From Camelus dromedarius (Eukaryota): a DNA stretch of 64,000 nucleotides. Shown here piece by piece: positions 38,615-51,126 of the stretch (its first letter is position 1; each line of letters begins with the position of its first letter). Both the position numbers and the translations under genes were made by a program. The notes beneath the pieces were generated by a model. It saw only the letters and a program-made list of their open reading frames with translations. It had not been told where the DNA came from and did no database searches. The stretch lies in NCBI RefSeq assembly GCF_036321535.1, contig NC_087438.1:92628001-92692000 (forward strand), written 5' to 3'.

Positions 38615-41600
38615 TCAGGGCATGCTGACAGAAGCTCCATATGCCTGTGAAGCTGAGGCCTGGGGGCTCGGGGTGCCCCATGGGGTCCTTGCCCCTCTAA
38701 CGGGGGGGGGGGGAGTGGTATGAGCAGTGCCCTGCCATGTAGAGCTCGGGTTTTACCGCTGGCTCCCATCAAACATCTCAGACACAACCCCTGCCCATCC
38801 TGGGAGGGAGGGGCCAACTGAGGGCCACATGGAAGTGGCAAAGCACCAAAGGACCCTGCTGACTGAGAGGAGGAGGGCTTTCCAAGGGACAGAGGGCTTG
38901 AGCCAAGGCTCTCATAACCACATGGCAGGGAGCATTTGCCTGACTGAGGCAGGAGACCTGGCAGGAGGAGGAGTTTTGTGCAGGGGTTGGGGGAGAGGGG
39001 ATAAGGGGTAGCAAGGTGTGGTTCTATCTTGCTGGACTCAGAAAGCCCAGCAGAGGAATTTCTGTCCGCTGTGTTAGGCAATGGGGAGCCACTGTGGAGT
39101 CTAAGGAGTAAGTGTGGAGTAGGGAGGAAGAAGTCCTCTAAGTGTTCGGGATCGGGGGGCAGCCAAGGCAGGGAGGCCAGAGGTTGACCTTTTCCTCTGG
39201 GGAGAATATGGTTCTCCAGGACACACTAGGTCAGTGGTGGCACCAGCAGCCTCTGTGCACTGCTCAGTCCTTCTGAGCACAATGCTGCAGCCGTGGGCGA
39301 GAAGCCTGAGGCCGTGGAGACAGCAGCTCCTGTGCTGCTGTGGTCTCATCCCCAACACGCTGCTGTGTGTCTCCTGCCCCAACACATGCCCATAATGCTC
39401 TCACGCAGTGCTGCCCAGAGCTCACACACCAAAGCAGCAGGGCAGCTGGCAAAGCGGCTTATTGTTGAAATGGTACACTTATGGGGAGGGTCAAATAAGC
39501 ATCTATAACCCACACGACCAAAGAGTCCAGAAAATTGGACAATGGCCACATGGCATGAATGGCAACAGATAGGAAGTTGAGAGAATTATAAAGGGACATC
39601 AGAACACAAATAATTAAAACATGAATGCAGATTTTATGGCCACAGAAATCTTTGCTTTTAAGTTTCAATTAAATCTTCTTCAAAATACTGGGAAGACAGA
39701 ATGGCCCTGGCAGTCAAGAGAACGTATGGCCTCAACTCCTATCCCATGGGATTAAAATGCCTAAAGAAATTAAAAAAAAAAAAACCCTTCCTTGTCTTGT
39801 TTTTGGTTAAGTCTGCTTTTCATCATTATAGATTTGAAAGGGAAAAAAATAAGTTATCGGTAGATTAACTGCTTGATTCAATAACTCATTTAAATTCCTC
39901 CAGCCTTGGCAAGCTAAGAAATATTGACTTTTTCTTGAATCATAATAAACTAGAAGGTCAAAATATCTCTGAGCAGCGTAAAAGTGCAGACCCTAAGTGG
40001 GCATCTGAGTCTCCTTTATCCACTTTGCTAATTGTTGGTGTGTCACACGAAGGCCAGGTGGCATTCACCGGCCCCAGGGCTCGTCCTGCCATCAAGGCTG
40101 ACGGGCAGCAGGAGCCAAGGCGCTCGGCAGTGGGGGCTCTGGGCTGCAGGCCCTCCACCCCTGGTGTTTAAGGCTGCTTTGCCACAGAGTGTGTTTGATT
40201 AGCTTGATTCTCCTGGGTTGTTGGAAAATGGGTTACCCTGGAAAGTGCTGGCGGCTGTTAGAAGAAACTACACAGCTAGCTCTAAAAATATCAGCCTTTG
40301 TTTTTTTCCCAAGACGAGGCCAGGACACAAGGCGCTGCCACTGTATCACCGGCTTAATAAGCTTCCCTGTGTGATGAGAAGGACACCTGCTAACCGCCCC
40401 ATTTTGAAGAAACAGAGCCTGAGTTTCTGAGCCTCTGGTCTCTCAGCTCCTGCTCTGGTGCTTGTGTCCTGCCCGTGCTGCCCACCCAGACCGAGCTGTC
40501 TCTGGGCACAGCAGCTCCAACTCACCCTCGCGGTCCATGCCCTCCGTGAGGTGTCTGCTGCCACCTCAAGCCTGAGTGCTCCTCTCTGACTTCCCCTACC
40601 CAGAGAGGGTTGGCTCTGCTCCCTGGCCCAACGGGTCAGGCCCCATGGGGGGATGGCCTGTGTACGTTCAGAATTTAAGAAACACAACAGCTTTCCAAGC
40701 TGCTCTCCTTAACCCTGTTTTAGCACTCAAAGGCCAGGCAAGAGCCTGAGATGGGAGGGTGGAGGGGGCCCCGCATGCAGTGACCTGTTCACAGTAGCAT
40801 CTCTCTTGCCTCCTGCAAGTGGGGAGATGGAAGGACGGGGGCACGGAGGGAGACAGCAATCCGTCGAGGTGGGCCTTCTGGAGTAAAGGGGACTAGAACC
40901 TGGAGTAGCAGGGCAGGAAGGTGCTTCAGAGACCACCTGGTCCAGCCCAGGCATCAAAGGAAAGCCAGCTCGCCAGGGACAGGGGTGGGGAGAATCCCCC
41001 AGCCCGACCCTTTCTCCTCTGAGACGCCCGCACGCGCAGGCGACAGCGAACACTCTGAGGACCAAGGCTACTTGTGGTGCCTCCCATGCCCACGTTTGAT
41101 CAGCCTGCAGGTGTGGCTCTGAGGTCCTCCCCTAGGCTGTGCTCTGAAGGGTCAGTGTTAAGAAAACACTCGTGCCAGCCTGTGTTCTTTGAAGTTGCCA
41201 AGAGCACTCAGGCTCTCTCTGACTTGGAAATCGGCTGTTGGCAAATATTTGATTCCTAATTATCTGCAATTAAGACAAAAGCAGCTTGAAAGCCCTGCAC
41301 CTGCCCTTCCCAGTCTGTGGCCAGCAGGCCCCACGACAAGCTGAGAACACCGTTCATAGGGGCGGCCTGGGGTCCCAGCCCCGGCCGCTGAGATGCCGGC
41401 CAAGCATGGTTTCGTTAAACGAGCCCCTTGTCGCCACTTCCTCCTTGTTATTGAAACAGAATGAATTCCCCACTCCTACCAGGACGATGATAAAACAGTA
41501 ATGGGGAAGGTAACCAAGTGAGACTGCCAGCAACTGCCTACAGTATTTATGGGACGACCATGACGCCTGAAAAAGACGAAATGTGCTTAATTTATGGTCA

Positions 41601-44539
41601 TAAAGAAAGTCGTTTACCCAGGTTAGAAACTGATCATCTTACCAAATAAGCTGCTTTTCAACACTAATTAAATTTACTGAACACGGTCAGACATGGGAAT
41701 TGTTACATGAAAGTTATGGTGGCAGGAGAAACAAGTCCATTTGTACCAGTCAGTGCTAAAGCCTCCCTCTGTGATTCAAACAAGGATTCTCGCTCGATGT
41801 GACAGTTACAGACCCAGGAGTGCCCACTCCGAGCGTGGCTGGGGGTGGTGGAGTGTGGCAGTGGTCGCAGCCAAGCCCGCCGGACCCCAGTAGCAGAGGG
41901 ATAAGAGGGGGAATCCCACAGAGAGAGCAGGCCTTCCTGGTTCATCAGAAGTGGGAAGCCTCGCTCCTTTCCTCACCTCTGACCACGGCACAGGGCACAG
42001 ACAGCTCAGTTATTCTGCTTCCAAACTCTGACTCAGTCTCTGTAACTGGTTCCTGGGCTCAAAGTAAACCAATGAGTGTTCTCCTCTCTGTGCCCCGAAA
42101 GGCGCACAAGAGGAAACCCTTTAGCAGTCGACTTGGGGATGCTAACTGCCTGCAGGCATGTTTGTCCAGTGCAGCATTTTCCATCTGAGAACCTGTGGTC
42201 CTCCGCTTGCCACCCTCCCCCCTTACACAGCCTAGGGAGGTCACTCAAGGACGTGAGCATATTTATACTGCAAGTACTGCCTAGTTTCAAAAGGCAGACT
42301 CGGCACAGCACGCTTCATACGTAATTCCTCGAGGAAAGGCTTCCCTGGCAGTTCCCTTACATCGGGAGTTTCCTTGACTCATGTCAAGTCTGTCCAGCTT
42401 CCAGGGGAGTCTGAAGTCACACATTCCCAGGGCACAGTGACCAGAACTGGCCTGCAGCACAAATTCTGCAGGCTCCACTGCACAGCTCCGGGCCCCTGAC
42501 CTCAGGCGAGCCCTGGAGCTCAGTTCCAAAGGCAGCGGCCTTGGCACAGGTTCCAGTCCTGCGGACCACCGCTTCCCTCGGTCGGTCCTGGTGTTTCTCT
42601 TCCCTCTGGGAGCCCTTTGCACTGTTAGGCCAGCTCTCCCTCTATATTGTATGATGACAGTAAAGTTACCTGACTCAGAGCTTTCCCCCTGAGGCCTCCC
42701 ACAGGCATGCTTCACTTAAAACGGGCTCCCAGGCGGCTGGCCTGGAGCTTGTTCTAGCTGCTTGCCAGCACGCCGTACTTCCCACCGTAAAAGTGAGGAC
42801 CCCCTGCTCCTATGGCTCCCAGACAGAGCAGCAGGCTCTGGAGCAGGGCCCCCGCAGCTGGACATCACAGTCGCTCAAAACTCCAAGGCAGGCATGGGGT
42901 GGTCCCTCTGGTTTCAGGGCAAGGGCCAGGTTCCACGTATGTCCAGAGCTCAGCACAGGGCCTAGCACAGAGCGGGCTGAGGAAAATGCAGGTGAAAGAT
43001 AGTCTTTTTAAGACACTGCAAAGACCCAGGGTCGCTGGCTAGAGATCTGAGTAGTCAGAAATCAACGAGTCTGAAGAAGCAGACGCAGTGACACACTGAG
43101 TAGTAGCCACAGTGGAGATTGCGGACAGCACTAGGGTGGGAGACGAGAGACCTGAGTTCTGTCTGGGTTCCACCCAAGGAAGTCTCTTTCACACGGGAGC
43201 TTCAGCTTCCTTTGTGATAACAAGAGCGAGGTGTCCAGAACTTCCTCGAGACTGAAGAGTAACCTTGCATCTGTGAATTTAGGGTGTCTATAAAAGCCGT
43301 GTTCTAACTTGCTCATCTTTTGGCTGTAAGAAAACTACAACAATCACTTCTTTTTCTTTTTGCCTCTATTTGCCCTATCAAGTTATCTCAGCTGGCCTTT
43401 GAAGAGTTGTTTCAGAGACATTCTTGGGAAGAAAAGCGGCATAAAAATGTGCAGCACAATAGGATTTCTGCCCTTGGAAGAGTTTCTTTTACAAAACGGT
43501 TTTGTTTTAGAGCATTTCCTCCAAAAACATTCTTATCCCCAAGTTCCTGTTCTTTGCCTAAAGCCTCTCCAGTTTGCATCCGTCTTATTCTCTGTCACCA
43601 AAGCCCTCATTTTTCCTCCTGGTACCAAGCTCCCTCGTCACTTTCTCTAGCTCCTCAGGGCTCCCTGTATCTTCTAGCTGATGGGCTGGATGTTGCTGCT
43701 CTCCATGGGTCTTCACTCTCTCACTGATGCCTCATTACGTGGGTTCGTTCCTGCTTCTCCACCAACTAATGATTCAAGGCCGTGACTCCTCTGGCTGCCT
43801 CCAATTATTTCAAGGATTATTGTGCAGACACTCAGCATGAGCCACTGTGTTGCTTCCCAACACTTTAGACTTGCGAGCACAGAGGGGATGCTGAATTCTT
43901 CAAGGGCCCTTTACCTGCTGCACAAGTGCTGCCCCCAGGTCAACACATTACCTGGGTAGATCACTCGTCATGGACGTGCCTTATAACCAGAGCGCATAAT
44001 ATGTGCTTTGTGATTATTCATTTAAAGAAAGAAATGCAGCTCAGTGAAAATACCTAATACTAGCACAGAAAAATTTGGTATTTTCTCATCAGAAGGCTGT
44101 CAGTTTCTCCTCTCAAAGATTTGTGCTTTTCTCTCAAGGGGATTAGTAGCCATAAAAATATGTGCTGAATAATATCAAAATAAAGCTTAATAAGAGTATC
44201 AAATAGATAACTGCATTTCTTCTCAGTAGCTACTGAGGCCTCTGGCAGGTGGACCCAAGGGCCCTGGGAGGCTAGCTTTCTGGATGAATGGGTGGGTTGG
44301 GTCTGCTCTACCCCTGAGACCGGAAGAGCACAAGGTGACCAGAAGGCAGGAGGCGGCCTCAAAGTGTGTCCACAGGGGCCTGTGGACTCCTACACAGAGG
44401 CCCTCAGGGTCACATTTCCTACCAGACTCTGGATGTGAAACCACTACTGCATCAAGGTACTTCGGTACCTGACTTGAGCTCCAGGAAGCAGGCAGTGGAC
44501 AACAACCACCTACACAAAGGGAGTCCAGCCTCCGGGGGA

Positions 44540-44830
44540 GGAAGAACAACCAGAGTTAGAGCTGCTGGAGGAGAAGGATGACAACTTCAACAGAGACAGC
44601 AAAATACCCAAACTCCAGGAGAACTGAGTACAGCGCAAGGAGGCTTTCCAAGAAAGCCATGACTGCTGAACCAAGAAGGAAATCAGAGAAATTTAAGGGG
44701 AGAATGGTCACTATGGAGACTCAAATTAGGGTCCTCCAAGATCAAGCAGAGGACATACCTCCAAGTCCAGAGCAAAAACAGGAAAAAAGTCCTAAAGTTC
44801 AGGAGTTATTCCAAATAGTAATGTGAAGGG
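44540..44830 (+). mobile_element. HAL1/L1M ORF1-like relic
   Basis: The ORF 44578-44826 peptide VLQDQAEDIPPSPEQKQE loosely resembles the ORF1 coiled coil (LEDKVEEISQKVEQK); it lies directly upstream of L1 ORF2 remnants. Confidence 0.45.
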
Positions 44831-44889
44831 AAAAGGCACAGAGGAAGGCTTAAGTGTGTCCTCTTAAATAGCCAAACACTGTTTTAATT

Positions 44890-45755
44890 AACATCAGGAT
44901 CGAGACGGATACTTGTCATCATCATTTTCATTCAAAAAGGAAGTATAGAAAACAAGAAAATAAAATAATTGGTAAAAATTCGGAAAAGGCAACTCACAAC
45001 TATCTCTTTTGGCTGATTGTGTATCTGTATACTTAGAAAACCCAGAGACTCTCGGCAAAAAATATTAAAATTGTAAGAGAATTATGATGAGGTGGTTGGA
45101 CAGATGATAAATATACCAAAATTAATCATTCTTCTCTTCATTAGCAAAATATTTAGAAATGGAAAGGAAAAAATAGTCTACTCATAATAATGGTAAAAAC
45201 TATAAAATATTTATGAATAAATTTAACAAGAAAGTCATAGGACTGATACGAAAAAGACTATAAAATCTCATTGAAGGTCATAATATAAGATTTAAACAAA
45301 TGCAAAGACATTTCTTATTCTTGGGTGGGAAGACATTACCATAAATTTACAAATTTAATTCAGTCCTTTGGGAATTGGATAAAATCATCTTAAGAAGTTC
45401 ATTTGGAGGAGTAAGTGGCCCCAGATAACCAAGAAAAACAAGAAAAGGAATAGTGAAGGGGGATGTGCCTTACCAAATAGCAACATCAAACCAGAGAGCT
45501 GCTATGATCAAATCAGTAAGACACTGACTGAGGAATAGACAGATGAATGACTGTAGACGTGGCAATAAAAGACAGGCTCCAGAAATAAATCCCTGTATCT
45601 GAAAATTCAGTGTATGACAAGAGTGGCCACTGAATGGGGAAAGTGGCAGTCACTTGATAAATAATGCTGAGGCACCTGGCTATCCACTTGGAATAAAACA
45701 ACATCGGAACCCTATTTCACACCACATAAAAGCCACATTAAAATAACTGCAAATG
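44890..45755 (+). mobile_element. Old L1M ORF2 fragment (RT to C-terminal region)
   Basis: ctgattgtgtatctgtatacttagaaaacccag...aaatatttatgaataaatttaacaagaaagt...gacatttcttattcttgggtgggaagac...ccagaaataaatccc...ggaaccctatttcacaccac. Confidence 0.85.
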
Positions 45756-45789
45756 TTTAAGCTATTCTTATTAAATAATGAGGAGATAT

Positions 45790-46240
45790 AAAAGAACACT
45801 TATACACCCTGTGGACAGCATAAGCATTACACTACGATGAACAACCACGTACTCACCTACCCACTTAAAGACAAAACCCAGTTTCATTAGTTTCGAATTT
45901 CTCCATGTTCCCCCCTCCAATTCTATTTCCTCGTTTCCACTCAGAGGGAAACAGGATCAGGAATTTTGTATTTATTATTATTTTGCTTTTCTTTGTAGTT
46001 TGATCTCATCCTTGTATTTCTATGCAATATATTGCCTTTTCCCCATGTTTCTGAACTTTACAGACATGTATCATATTGTATTTATGTATCTGAGAGTTAC
46101 CTCCTTTGCTTTTACACTATGTTTTGTTTCATCTACATCTTTGCATATACCTGACATTCATTCATTTTTCACTTACAGTGCCCACTGTATACATGTGTCA
46201 TCATTCATTTATATAGTCTAATTAGGTTGTTGTTTGCCTC
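45790..46240 (-). mobile_element. L1ME-class 3' UTR fragment
   Basis: atgaacaaccacgtactcacctaccc...ttctgaactttacagacatgtatcatattgta...attcattcatttttcac. Confidence 0.7.
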
Positions 46241-48050
46241 TTTCTGTGGTCCTCTTTCTTTTGTTTCCTTAGTCTGGATCAAATACTTCACCTTTCATTT
46301 TTTTCTTCTACTCATATAAAAAAATATACCCTATTTATTCTTCTACTCTGCATTCCATAAACTTAAAAAAATGTGTAATTAACCCAGGGTCTAACATTAA
46401 CCAATCATTTTATCCTCCATATGAAGAACCTCAGAGCATATAAATTCCAATCGCTCCTTTCCTGACCTAAATATATGACAATAGTACATATTCTATCTTT
46501 ATTCCTCATAATTCCTCCTTATTCCTCAAATTCTCATGGTTGTGTGTGTCTAAAACATCCGTTTTTCAGGGGGAGGGTATAGCTCAGTGGTAAAGCATGT
46601 GCTTAGCATGCAGGATATCCTGGGTTCAATCCCCAGTACCTCCATTCAATCAGTCAATCAATCAATCAGATTACCTCCTCCCACCAAAAGATCCATTTTT
46701 ATCCTCATTTTAAAGAAATATTTATGCTGTATAATTAATTCTGTAATCACAGATTTTTCCTCTCAACTCAATAAACATTTTACCCCCTTGCTCTTTGCCC
46801 TCACTGAGATGTCAGCTGACAGCCTTTCCTTTCCTTTGCAGGTAATCCATCTCTTCTTTTTGGATAGTGTTAAGATCTTCTCTTTGGTTTTCTGCAGTTT
46901 CTCTATGATGTAAGTATGCATATTTCTTTGCATTTGTTCTGCCTGTAATTCATTGGGTTTCCAGGAAGTGAGGATTTAAGTCATTCATCAATTTATGAAA
47001 CTCACAGCTACCTTCCTTTAGATATCTCTGCTCCATTATTTCTCTCCTTTTTTCCCCCAGGCATTCTGATTAGACATGTGTTACAAGTTCTTGTTCTACC
47101 TCAGTATCTCTTATCTCTTTCACATCCCCCGTATTTGGTTTCTCTGTGCTGCATGCTGTGTAATTTTTTCCAATTCATCTTCCAGCTCCTGAATTCCCTC
47201 TTCAGCTTCTTCTAATCTATTCTTACATGCTCCCACTGAGTGTTTAACTTTGAATTTTTATTTCTAGAAGTCCTATTTAGTTCTTCACAATGATATGTCA
47301 CTTGTAGAATCTCTTGATTTTCAATCATATTTCAATCTTTAAAATATTAAACATACATATTTTATATTCTGTGTCATTTTGCTATTTGTGCTGCTTGTTA
47401 TGTGGCGCTTTCCTTCATGGCGTTTTAAGAATTTTTTTTTTTAAAGAATGATCTCAGATTTCCTGGAAGTTTATCTGAAAATTTTGGATGCACAGTTTGA
47501 AGATGGGCTCATCTTGATTGTGCCAGACACCCAAGGACTCCACAGTTCTGGGTTAAACTCAATTTCATGTCAGATTTTTCCGACTACCTAGGTAGTTTGC
47601 ATCTGACCCACAATTTCCTGTGGCGATCAGCATATGGTCATATGGTCATATGTCATTATGGGACTTTTTCCCTCTACTCTAATTTTGTGCCAAGATTTGA
47701 GACAAGCACATTTTCTCATACTTGCAGGAACAGGGTAGGTTTCTTTCTTGTTTACTCTTCCACTATGAGTGTAACCCCTTGGAGTCCCAGGTAGGCGGTG
47801 GAATTTTCCCAAATGTGTCCACCTTGAAAGGACCTGGGACGTGTCCCTGGTACCCTGAATTATGCTGAGTGTACAAACTAAAGCTGATGTTCACCCAGTT
47901 TGGCAAAAGCCCTCGAGATAAAGCCAGTGTCATGGCTACATTATCTCTCTGGGTTCCTGGTTTCACTTGCTTCTTTAGCCTCTAAGTATTCCTTATATTC
48001 TTACCAGCACATCAATGCTTAAAAGAATTTAAAAATATATTTCTCTGCCA
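46241..48050 (-). mobile_element. Old L1M/HAL1-class 5' region and ORF1, interrupted by the camelid SINE
   Basis: Reverse-strand ORF1-type tracts: ttaagatcttctctttggttttctgcagtttctctatgatgt..., caattcatcttccagctcctgaattccctcttcagct...ctaatcta, attttatattctgtgtc. Confidence 0.7.
46569..46689 (+). mobile_element. Camelid-specific tRNA-derived SINE
   Basis: GGGGGAGGGTATAGCTCAGTGGTAAAGCATGTGCTTAGCATGCAGGATATCCTGGGTTCAATCCCCAGTACCTCC...ATTACCTCCTCCCACCAAAA; Pol III A box 46580-46590, B box 46623-46632; degenerate TSD aaaacatccgttttt (46552-46566) / aaaagatccattttt (46686-46700), 13/15 identical. Confidence 0.92.
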
Positions 48051-49059
48051 CATTGCCAGTGGCAGAAGTCAGATTATGACTTTTAAAAATATTACATAAC
48101 AATGAAGAAACTAAGATAAACACAGAGATATGGCTTTCAACACAGCACTATTAGCTCTTTGGAAAGTTCTGATAACTGTTCTTGCCACACAAGAGACTCA
48201 GAAAAGGCTGGGTCATTGCCAGATAGCCTGTGGTAATTTTCCTGAGTCCAGATGCATGTTTAGAGCAAATTTAAGCTCTTCCATCACCAGAAAGTCAAAC
48301 AAGAAAGAGAAGTCTATTAATGGGGTGTAGTGGAGGGAAAAAGGACACAGCTGTCTCCAATAACCTATGTCCCTAACTTCTACCTCAAAGCCCAGAGTGG
48401 GGCCTCTCAGGAGCAGTACTGTCCTCAGTATACAGATGTAGCTGGAGACAAATGCAAGGTCAGTGGCTGAGCCCTTTGGGACCACTTCTGATACAAGAAA
48501 TAAAAACGATGGAGTTGAGTCTGAAGTATCTTCTGAAAAAGCAACGCCTTTAGGCACAGTGAGGGTCTCTGAGCCCTAGTGTCATCTGATCTCTAGTTTA
48601 TATTGACCCAAACAAGCCTGCTCTCCTGAGGCAGCAGCGTCAGAAAGTGAGGGCTTTACTCTCATTGACACATTTCTACCTAAAGCATGGCCAGAAGTCA
48701 TTCTGTAACTGGTATTGGTTCAATCTTACTTATAGTGGCAAACTTAGACAATATTAAAAATCAAAATATCCTTCTAAGCAGGTCATAGTAACTAAAGCAA
48801 AATTATCTTTGATTTGTTACAACAAGCATACTTATTATCTCAACTTGAAGCATGTCAGAGTGAGTTCTGCTTTTTGATTCTAAGGAGAAAAAATGCTGAT
48901 AATATTTTTGCTTCAAAAATTCATAGTTAAGAGGGAGGCAGCAGAGCATGATGGTGGCCAAGGTGGGGGAAGGGCATCACAAGGAAGGGGACCCAAGGAT
49001 GATGGTCAAGTTGGTTCTGGTAGGCAACTGCATTGGGGGATGGCAAGGTGGGATTGGGA

Positions 49060-50180
49060 CCCACAGAGGAAGGTGGGGTCAGAAAATTACATTACATACA
49101 GGGCACTGAGCAGTAAATAAACACAATGAGGATAATGGGAGCTAAGTCTCTCACTGAAGAGGAGAGTTACAAATATGAAAAGAGGGAAGCTAGAAGGAAC
49201 CCTATAGAATGCACCCTGTAAGTACACACACACATACTTTCTGCATCTCTTCTCTTAGAGGATCCGGGAGCAGCAAAACCCCAGGAGCGAGGAGCATGTT
49301 TTACTATCATGTCTTGGTTTCTAAATACAATTCACCACTAACGTGAACCAAAGATCTCTGAAGAAATGGCTTATTCCAAGGAAGGGGCAGGGCAAGTATA
49401 AGAATAGCCCAGAATATCCTGTTGTGCCAGAAAGTAAGAAAGCACTTTAAGAAATCATGGGACATATCAAAGGATGCAGAAGCCAGTTTGAGGAAGAGCC
49501 CACTGGCCAATTCTGGGACACTTTGAGCATGAAAATAAATAATGATAGTAGCAAATAATATCCCAAAAGAATAAAGAGAAATGCACAAATCCAATTGATT
49601 TTTTAAAAGTGAGCAAATAAATGGGGAGAAAATTCTTCCATACAAGAGAATTTCAATTAATAAAAGTAGAAGAAATTAAGGAATTAGAAAATTTTCATTT
49701 GGCAATCATAGTACTAATTATTTTAGGCCAAAAAAAAAAAATCAATAAATGCTACAACTAGTGGACGAAAGAGGAATAACAGGATACTTACATAGTTTCA
49801 ATATGTCTTATCACAAAACAAGTTGACATCAATTCTTAACTGGTGGGATGCAGAAGAGCTCATGATAACTTCAGTTACATTCTTGCCCTAAATTCATAAC
49901 CTTGATGTAGTCATGAGGAAACATCAGACAAATCCAAATTGAGAGACATTAAGATGACTGGCCTAAAATCTTTAAAAAAAATGTTAAGAATATGAAGGGC
50001 AAGGAAGGACTGAAGAACTGTTCTAAATTGAAGCAGGCTGAAAACAGGTGATTTGGTTTGAATTCTCTTACTAAAAAGGACACTGTTGGCAAAATGTGAA
50101 TGGGGTCTTTGGTGAAGTACATATGAGAGTTCCTCGTATCATTCTTACAATTTTCTAGTAATATGGAAAATTAAAATAAC
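49060..50180 (+). mobile_element. L1MC-class 3' UTR
   Basis: gaaatggcttattccaaggaaggggcagggcaagtataag...ttgtgccagaaagtaag...cactggccaattctggga...gaggaaacatcagacaaatccaaattgagagacatt. Confidence 0.85.
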
Positions 50181-50199
50181 AGGGCATCTAAAAATTCAG

Positions 50200-50870
50200 A
50201 CAGAATTCTACTTCTGTCTTGGACAGAGAATTGTACAATAGGTTGTTGTTCCCATTATAACAAGAAAAACCAGATGAATTAAAAGTCCTATCTTTTTCAA
50301 AGTCATGTGATAGTAATGAAGAAATACATGTCTAAGTAAATCAAATTCAGAGAAAAACAAGCCTATAATAGAATTAAAATATACAATATATGAAATAAAG
50401 GCTTTATTAAATGGACTTTGATAAGAATAAGCTGACTGGACACAACAGATAATGAGATCAATAAATTCAAAGACAAGTCAATAATAAAAAGGCCTAGACT
50501 GAAGTGCAGAGAAGAATAATGAAAAAAAATAGAACAGATCACTAAAGAGCTGGGGGATAATCTGACCAGGACTAACATACATATAATTGGAGTTTTAGGA
50601 AACAAGAGAAAGAATAGGGCAAAAGGAACACTTGAGAAGACATTGGATAAAAGTTTACAAAACTGAAAGATATCAACCAAATATCCAATAAGGTGAGTGA
50701 ACCCAAGTAAAAGGAACTCCTACAAAGGAAACCACAAAGCAAACCACCATCAAACTACTGAAAACCAATGATAACAAGAAAATGAAAACTCAGTCAGAGG
50801 AAAAAGATACATCAACTTTAAGAGAGTAGTAAGAATGATGTTTTATTTCTCATCAGAAACAGTGGAGGTC
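50200..50870 (+). mobile_element. Old L1M 5' end/ORF1 fragment
   Basis: actaacatacatataattggagtt (NIHIIGV, ORF1 RRM motif); ttctcatcagaaacagtggagg (FSSETVE). Confidence 0.8.
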
Positions 50871-50947
50871 CCACTCTAAGAAGAAAAAGAAGGAAGCAGA
50901 AGGAAGAAAATAAAGGTAAGAAAAGAAATCACCAAGCTAGAAAACAG

Positions 50948-51126
50948 TCCCACCAGCAGTAAACGAGTGTTCTGTTTCTCCCATACCCTTGCCAACACTT
51001 GCTACGGTCAGTCTTTTAAATTTTAGAAATTCTAATAGGTGTTTAATGGTATATTCTTGTGGTTTTAATTTGCATTTCCTAATGACTGATGATGTTGAGC
51101 ATCTTCTTATGTGTCTGCCATCTGTA
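50948..51126 (-). mobile_element. Inverted L1 ORF2 C-terminal fragment
   Basis: cccaccagcagt...gtggttttaatttgcatttcctaatgactgatgatgttgagcatctt (reverse of the EMQIKTT region). Confidence 0.85.

Noticed and set aside
46569-46645. tRNA gene-like sequence with A and B boxes
   Set aside because: It is the head of a camelid SINE (tail and TSD present; no complete cloverleaf).
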